A program made the translations under genes and the position numbers. The notes below the pieces were generated by a model that worked only from the letters and a program-made list of their open reading frames with translations, was not told where the DNA came from and searched no databases. From an uncultured Bacteroidales bacterium (lineage in GTDB: Bacteria > Bacteroidota > Bacteroidia > Bacteroidales > FEN-979), in assembly GCA_903903985.1 (NCBI GenBank), contig CAIVAT010000163.1:9061-73060 (forward strand): a DNA stretch of 64,000 nt, in the 5' to 3' direction. Positions within the stretch are counted from its first letter, which is position 1. Each line of letters opens with the position of its first letter. Shown here in pieces: positions 46,407 through 53,059 of this stretch.

Positions 46407-46666
46407 AGTGCAAAATCCGTGACCCTCCAAGGGTTTAAAATCCAGGTTTTCCCGGAAACATATAACTCAACCGTGCTGAAGGTCATGCAGTTTGTAAACG
46501 ATAGTCAATCCGGGGAGAACATTTTATAAACTGGAACGCCGGAGGATTACCGGCAGGATTTTACGATTATTCCCTCGTCAGCGAAAAAATGGAATCAACA
46601 GGTAAGATAATTGTCATGAAATTACCATAGTCACTTGTCACTCCTGATTTTTCACCCGTCCTAACA

Positions 46667-46700
46667 AAATCGTAAATCGCAAATCGTAAATCGTAAATTA
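46667..46700 (+). repeat. 7-nt tandem repeat array (TCGYAAA x4)
   Basis: tcgtaaa tcgcaaa tcgtaaa tcgtaaa tta.., located inside the 395-nt non-coding spacer. Confidence 0.9.
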
Positions 46701-46741
46701 TTATTTTTTTTAATTAACTTGAAAATTCGAAAGTTTCTCAT

Positions 46742-46749
46742 TAGTTTTG
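46742..46749 (+). promoter_or_regulatory. candidate -7 promoter box
   Basis: TAGTTTTG matches TAnnTTTG and lies 53 nt upstream of the ATG at 46802. Confidence 0.35.
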
Positions 46750-46801
46750 GATCATTCTAAATTAATTGATCATTGATCTCCTGAACCTTAAATCTTATAA
46801 A

Positions 46802-47533
46802 ATGAAAAAGTTAACCTCAATTACCGCTTTTCTTGTCCTGTTTGTATTCATTTCGGGAAAGACACAGGAAATGAACCTGGACCAAATTCTGTCAAAATAT
46901 TATCAAACCACCGGATTGGATTTGGTAAAAGATTGGAAAACCCTTACGATGACAGGAAAAACTTTGGCGCAGGGAATGGAGTTTCCCGTAATCATGTACA
47001 TGAAACGTCCGGGTAAAATAAGGGTTGAAGTGGAGATTCAGGGAAATAAAATGCTCCAGGTTTTCGACGGACAGGCCGGATGGAGCGTTGTTCCGTGGTC
47101 GGGCTCCTCCGACCCGCAGGAAATGAACCCGGATGAGGTGAAGGGAATGAAGGAACAGGCAGATTTTGAGGGATCCCTTTACAACTGGAAAGAGAAAGGA
47201 CATAAAGTTGAACTCATCGGGAAGGATGATATGGAAGGAACACCTGTTTATAAGATCAAAACCAATTTAGCAGATGGAAATATCGAAACATATTATATCG
47301 ATGCGGAGAGTTTTGTTGAACTTAAAGTTTCCTCAGTAAGTAAAATCCAGGGAAATGAAACGGAAGGTGAAGGATACATAAGCAATTATAAAGATGTGAG
47401 TGGTGCGCTGATGCCATTCGCCATTGAGAATAAGGTTAAAGGCCAGACGGTCTCAACCGTGGAGATCATCAAATATGAGGTCAATAAGGACCTGAACGAC
47501 AGTTTGTTTGTGAAACCAGCAAAAAAGAAATAA
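46802..47533 (+). CDS. LolA-like / outer-membrane lipoprotein-sorting-fold protein, function unknown
   Basis: The ATG at 46802 gives the signal peptide MKKLTSITAFLVLFVFISGKTQE. It is ~240 aa and beta-rich, with ..GMEFPVIMYMKRPGKIRVEVEIQGNKMLQVFDGQAGW.., typical of LolA-like proteins annotated as 'lipoprotein-sorting'. Its stop is 1 nt from the next start. Confidence 0.5.
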   Translation: MKKLTSITAFLVLFVFISGKTQEMNLDQILSKYYQTTGLDLVKDWKTLTMTGKTLAQGMEFPVIMYMKRPGKIRVEVEIQGNKMLQVFDGQAGWSVVPWSGSSDPQEMNPDEVKGMKEQADFEGSLYNWKEKGHKVELIGKDDMEGTPVYKIKTNLADGNIETYYIDAESFVELKVSSVSKIQGNETEGEGYISNYKDVSGALMPFAIENKVKGQTVSTVEIIKYEVNKDLNDSLFVKPAKKK

Positions 47534-47534
47534 T

Positions 47535-50500
47535 ATGACCAACCATCCTCAACAAATGCCATGGCAGAAGATCCTTCCTGTCCTGTTATTCGTGTTCATT
47601 CTACTTTCAGGTTCCGGTTTCACGCAGATAACCGTGAAGGTTGATGAGAATACTTTTGGCGACCTCACTGCCCGGCAACTCGGACCCGCCACCATGAGCG
47701 GCCGGATTTCAGCGATTGATGCAGTGGATAAAAATCCTGCACTCGTATACGTGGGAGCGGCATGCGGCGGATTGTGGAAATCAAAAAATTTCGGTACAAC
47801 TTTCAAGCCGGTTTTTGACAAATACAACCAATCGATCGGTTCCATTGCCATCGATCAGGATCATCCTGATACCGTGTGGGTTGGAACCGGTGAAGTATGG
47901 GTGAGAAATTCCACTTCGGTAGGAAACGGGATCTATAAAACGACCAATGGCGGTGAGACCTGGAAAAAGATGGGATTGGACAAATCTGAGCGGATCGCCA
48001 GGATAATCATTCATCCGGGAAATGCTGATCTCCTCTATGTTGCTGTTCTGGGTAACCTTTGGAATTCAAGCCCCGACAGAGGGCTGTATCAATCCTCTGA
48101 TGGCGGCAAAACATGGGAGAAGATACTCTATATCGATGAAAACACCGGTTGTTCCGATGTAGCGATCGACCCGCAAAACCCCGATATTCTCTATGCCGGG
48201 ATGTGGGAATTCCGGCGTACTCCCTGGTCGTTCAGTTCGGGGGGCAAGGGAAGCGGCCTGTTCCGTTCATCTGATGGCGGCAAGACCTGGGCAAAGATCA
48301 CCAAAGACCTTCCGGAAGGAATCCTCGGACGGATAGCGATTTCCGTATCTCCTGTGAAATCAGATATTGTTTATGCCCTGATCGAAGCAAAAAATACGGC
48401 ATTGTTTCGTTCTGCGGATAAAGGACTGACCTGGAACAAGATTTCCGAATCACAGGCTGTCGGTGACCGGCCATTCTACTTTTCGAACCTGGTCGCTGAC
48501 CCCATCGATACAAACATCGTTTATAAACCGGGTTTTTCCCTGTATAAAAGCATGGATGGCGGAAAAACATTTGGTTCAGCAGCGGTTGAAGGAGGAAATT
48601 ATCACAGCGATTGCCATGTGCTCTATATCAGCAGGAAGGATAATAACTTCATATATATGGGAACAGATGGCGGCGCCTATTGCTCAATGGACAAAGGGAA
48701 TACCTGGAGGTTTCTGCGCAATCTGCCGGTTTCACAATTCTATCATGTGAGCGTCGATATGGCTGATCCCTTCAATGTTTATGGTGGATTGCAAGACAAT
48801 GGATCGTGGTACGCACCTTCGTGCGCTGCAGGAGGAATTTCAAATGCCGACTGGAAAAGTGTCGGGTATGGGGACGGATTTTATGTTTATTGTGATAAGC
48901 TGGATTCGACCATTCTTTACTGGCAGTTCCAGGGTGGTCGGATTGCCCGCTATTACAAGAAAACCGGGGAATATAAATCATTGATACCCTTTAAGGATGA
49001 AGGAACCGCAGATCTTCGCTTCAACTGGAATACACCCTTGATTTTCTCCCCGACAGGCAATCATTTTTATACCGGAGCCCAATACCTGTATAAAACATAT
49101 AACCGCGGAGATACCTGGAAACGGATTTCACCCGATCTGACAACCAATGATACGAAAAAACAAAAGCAGGAATCTTCCGGCGGTTTGACATCAGATAATT
49201 CATCGGCCGAAAATCACTGTACCATTTATACTATAAATGAATCGCCGCTGGACAGCCTGATCATCTGGGCGGGTACCGATGATGGGAACCTGCAGGTGAC
49301 AAACGATGGCGGGAAAACCTGGGCCAATGTAACCGGAAATATTCCCGGACTTCCTCAGGCCACCTGGTGCTCTTATGTTGAACCCGGAAGATATGATAAA
49401 AACAGGATTTACGTTACCTTCGACGGACATCGCATGGGCGACAAAACCCCGTATGTTTATACAAGCGGAGACCTTGGAAAAACATGGAGAGCATTGGCAG
49501 ATACCTCGGTCAAATCCTACTGTCATGTCATCAGGGAAGATCTGGTAAACCCTGGCCTCCTTTTTCTTGGTACCGAGGCGGGTCTGTATATTTCCGTCAA
49601 CGGGGGCAATACCTGGGCACATTTCAGCGGCAATATGCCGAATGTTCCTGTGATGGATATGCTGGTTCACCCACGTGACCAGTCCCTGGTCATCGCCACA
49701 CACGGGCGCGGTATCATGATCATTGATGACCTTACTCCTCTGCGGAAGTTATCGGATGAAGTCCTGAATTCGGACCTGACATTTCTGAAGTCAAAAGATT
49801 ATATTATCCGGGAAGCTTTCCCCGGACAAGGTTGGAACGGTGATGACGAGTACTCAGGGCAGGTACCGAGAGAAGCCGCACAGATCGTTTACTTCCAGAA
49901 AAAAAGACATGTTTTCGGGGAGATGTACATGGAGGTTTTTGACAAGGATGATCAAATGATCCAAAAACTTCCTGCCGGCACCCGGAAAGGGATCAATGTC
50001 ATTAACTGGACGATACGGATGAAGCCGCCGAGGGTTCCGGTTTCTCCACAGATTGAAGGATCATCCATGATCGGGCCCAATTATCCTGCCGGTGAATATA
50101 CCGTGAAACTTCATAAGGGAACCCAGGTTTATGATACAAAGATCAGGTTGCTTTTTGATCCTGCCTCCCGGTACTCGATAACAGACCAGGAAACCAGGCA
50201 GAATGCCCTCATGCAGGCATACCACACACTGGAAACATTGGCCTTGCTTGACCGACGGGCAACATCTGCCAGGGATGCAGCCAGGGAACGATCCAATGGC
50301 GTTTCGAAATCACTTACCCGGAAACTTCATGATACGGAAGTCCTCATGGATAGTCTGCATCTAAAAATGGTCGTTGTTAAAGAAGGGAAAGTTGTAGGCG
50401 AAGAACGATTGAGGGAGAAGATCGGATTTCTGTATGGTTCCGTCATGAACTACAAAGGAAGGCCTACTGATTCTCAACTGAATGGCCTTGCATCACTTGT

Positions 50501-50639
50501 AAAAGAGGTGGATAAAATCAATTCAGATATTGCCGTTTACAGTGAAAAAGAACTTCCGGACCTCAACAAAGCACTTTTACAGGCCGGAAAAAAGGAGATT
50601 ACCCTGATCTCCGAGGAAGAATTCCGGAAAGAACGGTAA
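47535..50639 (+). CDS. sortilin/VPS10-like double beta-propeller protein with Asp-box (BNR) repeats
   Basis: 1034 aa with an N-terminal hydrophobic signal. Repeated Asp-box motifs include YKTTNGGETWKK, YQSSDGGKTWEK, FRSSDGGKTWAK, FRSADKGLTWNK, YKSMDGGKTF, VTNDGGKTWAN, SGDLGKTWRA and VNGGNTWAH. Confidence 0.75.
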   Translation: MTNHPQQMPWQKILPVLLFVFILLSGSGFTQITVKVDENTFGDLTARQLGPATMSGRISAIDAVDKNPALVYVGAACGGLWKSKNFGTTFKPVFDKYNQSIGSIAIDQDHPDTVWVGTGEVWVRNSTSVGNGIYKTTNGGETWKKMGLDKSERIARIIIHPGNADLLYVAVLGNLWNSSPDRGLYQSSDGGKTWEKILYIDENTGCSDVAIDPQNPDILYAGMWEFRRTPWSFSSGGKGSGLFRSSDGGKTWAKITKDLPEGILGRIAISVSPVKSDIVYALIEAKNTALFRSADKGLTWNKISESQAVGDRPFYFSNLVADPIDTNIVYKPGFSLYKSMDGGKTFGSAAVEGGNYHSDCHVLYISRKDNNFIYMGTDGGAYCSMDKGNTWRFLRNLPVSQFYHVSVDMADPFNVYGGLQDNGSWYAPSCAAGGISNADWKSVGYGDGFYVYCDKLDSTILYWQFQGGRIARYYKKTGEYKSLIPFKDEGTADLRFNWNTPLIFSPTGNHFYTGAQYLYKTYNRGDTWKRISPDLTTNDTKKQKQESSGGLTSDNSSAENHCTIYTINESPLDSLIIWAGTDDGNLQVTNDGGKTWANVTGNIPGLPQATWCSYVEPGRYDKNRIYVTFDGHRMGDKTPYVYTSGDLGKTWRALADTSVKSYCHVIREDLVNPGLLFLGTEAGLYISVNGGNTWAHFSGNMPNVPVMDMLVHPRDQSLVIATHGRGIMIIDDLTPLRKLSDEVLNSDLTFLKSKDYIIREAFPGQGWNGDDEYSGQVPREAAQIVYFQKKRHVFGEMYMEVFDKDDQMIQKLPAGTRKGINVINWTIRMKPPRVPVSPQIEGSSMIGPNYPAGEYTVKLHKGTQVYDTKIRLLFDPASRYSITDQETRQNALMQAYHTLETLALLDRRATSARDAARERSNGVSKSLTRKLHDTEVLMDSLHLKMVVVKEGKVVGEERLREKIGFLYGSVMNYKGRPTDSQLNGLASLVKEVDKINSDIAVYSEKELPDLNKALLQAGKKEITLISEEEFRKER

Positions 50640-50651
50640 ATGTATTTTATT

Positions 50652-51548
50652 TCAGTATTTATTCGGCACGAACGTTTGTTCCGACATCGGCGGCCGAACG
50701 TAGGCTTTATCGCGTTCAAGAGGCGGCAGAATGATTGTTTCCCGGGGTACATCGTCATATTTGATCATGCTGAGCAGGTGGTTGATGCAATTGAGCCTCG
50801 CTTTTCTTTTGTCGTCGGCTTCAACCACAAACCAGGGAGATTGTTTCGTGTCGGTATAGGAAAACATCTCATCCTTTGCCTTGGAATAGTCGATCCATTT
50901 GGTACGTGATTCCACATCCATCGGGCTGATCTTCCACCTTCGCGTGGGATCATTGATCCGCTGGATAAACCGTTTTTCCTGTTCTTTATCGCTCACGGAA
51001 AACCAGTATTTGATGAGGATCATCCCGGAGCGGATCAGCATGTTTTCAAAATTCGGGCATGAGCGCAGAAAGTCCCAATATTCAACCTCGGAGCAAAAAC
51101 CCATCACCCGCTCCACCCCTGCCCTGTTATACCAGCTGCGGTCGAAGAGTACCATCTCTCCTGCTGCCGGTAAATGAGGAACATATCGTTGAAAATACCA
51201 TTGAGTTTTTTCTTTCTCGGTTGGAACACCCAGTGCAACAACCCTGCAAACGCGGGGATTGAGACTTTCGGTAATCCGCTTGATGGATCCTCCTTTTCCA
51301 GCCGCATCGCGCCCCTCGAACAGGATAACTACACGCTGTCCTTTGTACTTGATCCATTCCTGCAAGCGGACAAGTTCGACCTGGAGCTTCGCCAGTTCCT
51401 CTTCATATTCATGTTTGGAAAGCTTATCACGGCCTTCATCTTCATGATCCGATTGAAAAGTGGCAACATTCAGATCAACCTCATCTTTTTGCTGGTCTTT
51501 CTTTTCTTTCTTCACTTTATCCTTTGGTTTATCTTTTTTGTGGCCCAT
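50652..51548 (-). CDS. ppk2: polyphosphate kinase 2 (PPK2) with charged N-terminal extension
   Basis: 298 aa. Motifs: VILFEGRDAAGKGGSIKRI (Walker A), YFQRYVPHLPAAGEMVLFDRSWYNRAGVERVMGF and ..KISPMD... Confidence 0.9.
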   Translation of the reverse strand: MGHKKDKPKDKVKKEKKDQQKDEVDLNVATFQSDHEDEGRDKLSKHEYEEELAKLQVELVRLQEWIKYKGQRVVILFEGRDAAGKGGSIKRITESLNPRVCRVVALGVPTEKEKTQWYFQRYVPHLPAAGEMVLFDRSWYNRAGVERVMGFCSEVEYWDFLRSCPNFENMLIRSGMILIKYWFSVSDKEQEKRFIQRINDPTRRWKISPMDVESRTKWIDYSKAKDEMFSYTDTKQSPWFVVEADDKRKARLNCINHLLSMIKYDDVPRETIILPPLERDKAYVRPPMSEQTFVPNKY

Positions 51549-51556
51549 AAGAACAC

Positions 51557-51580
51557 TTTTAGATTTACGATTTACGAATA
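51557..51580 (-). repeat. 7-nt tandem repeat array just upstream of ppk2
   Basis: The minus strand reads tcgtaaa tcgtaaa tctaaaa, ending 8 nt before the ppk2 ATG at 51548. Confidence 0.85.
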
Positions 51581-51612
51581 TAAGGAATAAATTACCCGGA
51601 AAGGTAAATTTT

Positions 51613-52779
51613 CTATATAATTTCTCTTACTCCATCGGATACTTCGGCGATATAAAACTCGGCGTTGAGCCCTGTCTTTGCCTGATATTCCCTTCCAACC
51701 TGTTCGATGAATTTTTCCACAACATCTTCGCGTACTATGCTCACGGTGCATCCTCCAAATCCGGCGCCGGTCATGCGCGCACCCACAACCCCGTTGATTT
51801 TCCTGGCTTCATCAACCATGGTATCGAGTTCAATGCCCGTCACTTCATAATTTTCACGCAGCGATTCGTGGGAAGCGTTCATCAACGCACCGAATTGCAG
51901 GATATCATTTTTTAACAGGCTTGACACGGAGTTGAGCACACGCTGGTTTTCGGAAATGACATGACGTGCCCGTCTGCGAACCACTTCATCAGGGATTTCA
52001 TCCTGCATCTTATAAAACTGCATGAAACTGATTTCGCCAAGTTTGGATATGGAAAGGGTTTCGCTCAGGTAAGTAACTGCAAGCTGGCATTCGGCAACGC
52101 GTTCATTGTATTTGGAATCTGCAAGTCCCCGCTGTTTGTTGGTGTTTCCAATAATGAGTTTAAACCCGTTGAGTATAAAAGGAACCTTTTTGTATTCCAG
52201 TGTCAGACAATTGAGAAAGAGGGCATGGTCCTTCTGTCCCATCCCGATGGCGAACATATCCATGATGCCGCAGTTGAGGCCTATAAATTCATTTTCGGCA
52301 CGCTGTGACATCCGCACCAGGTCAATCATTTCAAGCTGCGTGGCATTCAGCAGCACCGTGAGCGCATAGGCGGTAACCATTTCGATGGAGGCTGAGGAGG
52401 ATAATCCTGCGCCATTGGGGATATTCCCCGAATAAAGCATGTCAAATCCTGCAAATGATACATTCAGCTTCCTGAACTGGTCAAAGATCCCAAGGGGATA
52501 ATTCACCCATTGTCGTTCGACCTTCTTTGAGAGGTCCGACAGGGGAATTTCGGCCCTGAATTCCATGTTGGTGGAGGCCAGCCGCACCATCCTGTCGGCG
52601 CATGGGCGAATAAGGAGGTAAGTGCCATGCTGGATAGCGCAAGGCAGCACAAAGCCGCCGTTATAATCCGTGTGCTCACCGATCAGGTTTACCCGGCCGG
52701 GAGCGAAAAAGCACCTGGGTTTATCTTCAGGCTTGCCGTAAAGTTGAAAAAAAGTGTCGGTTAATTTGTCAAGGTTCAT
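51613..52779 (-). CDS. galK: galactokinase
   Basis: 388 aa. Galactokinase signature GRVNLIGEHTDYNGG and GHMP motif PNGAGLSSSAS. Confidence 0.9.
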   Translation of the reverse strand: MNLDKLTDTFFQLYGKPEDKPRCFFAPGRVNLIGEHTDYNGGFVLPCAIQHGTYLLIRPCADRMVRLASTNMEFRAEIPLSDLSKKVERQWVNYPLGIFDQFRKLNVSFAGFDMLYSGNIPNGAGLSSSASIEMVTAYALTVLLNATQLEMIDLVRMSQRAENEFIGLNCGIMDMFAIGMGQKDHALFLNCLTLEYKKVPFILNGFKLIIGNTNKQRGLADSKYNERVAECQLAVTYLSETLSISKLGEISFMQFYKMQDEIPDEVVRRRARHVISENQRVLNSVSSLLKNDILQFGALMNASHESLRENYEVTGIELDTMVDEARKINGVVGARMTGAGFGGCTVSIVREDVVEKFIEQVGREYQAKTGLNAEFYIAEVSDGVREII

Positions 52780-52876
52780 ACCTGGTAAAAATAAGTGAAG
52801 GATTCATTTCTGATGTTTTCAAAGTACTTGCTAAATTAAAAAGAAAATGCAAGCGTTTGATATAAAACCATAAATA

Positions 52877-52968
52877 CCTCACCCTACCCCTTACCTCACC
52901 CTACTCCTCTCCTGAAGGAGAGGGAATCCCCCTTCTCCTCCAGGAGAAGGGGCCAGGGGGATGAGGTC
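52877..52968. repeat. GC-rich palindromic element (long copy)
   Basis: The direct repeat acctcaccctac occurs twice (52877, 52893). Hairpin cctctcc-tgaa-ggagagg. A perfect 10-bp hairpin is formed by ccccttctcc (52929-52938), loop tcca, and ggagaagggg (52943-52952). The terminal ccagggggatgaggt is the reverse complement of the 6825 copy's start. Confidence 0.75.
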
Positions 52969-53059
52969 TTATCTGGTACCGGCTGATGAGCTCCTGAGAG
53001 GATGATTTCTGGCAGCTAATCCCGGGAAAATGATAATTTTGCCATAAAAATTGCTGGCT

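Noticed and set aside
40491-46443. Possible relationship between the gaccc-N5-gggt hairpins after the kinases and the gaccccgtcagggtgt units at 33081-33116
   Set aside because: Only the 4-5-nt stem halves (accc/gggt) are shared; the loops and flanks differ. This is insufficient to claim a common repeat family without a genome-wide search.
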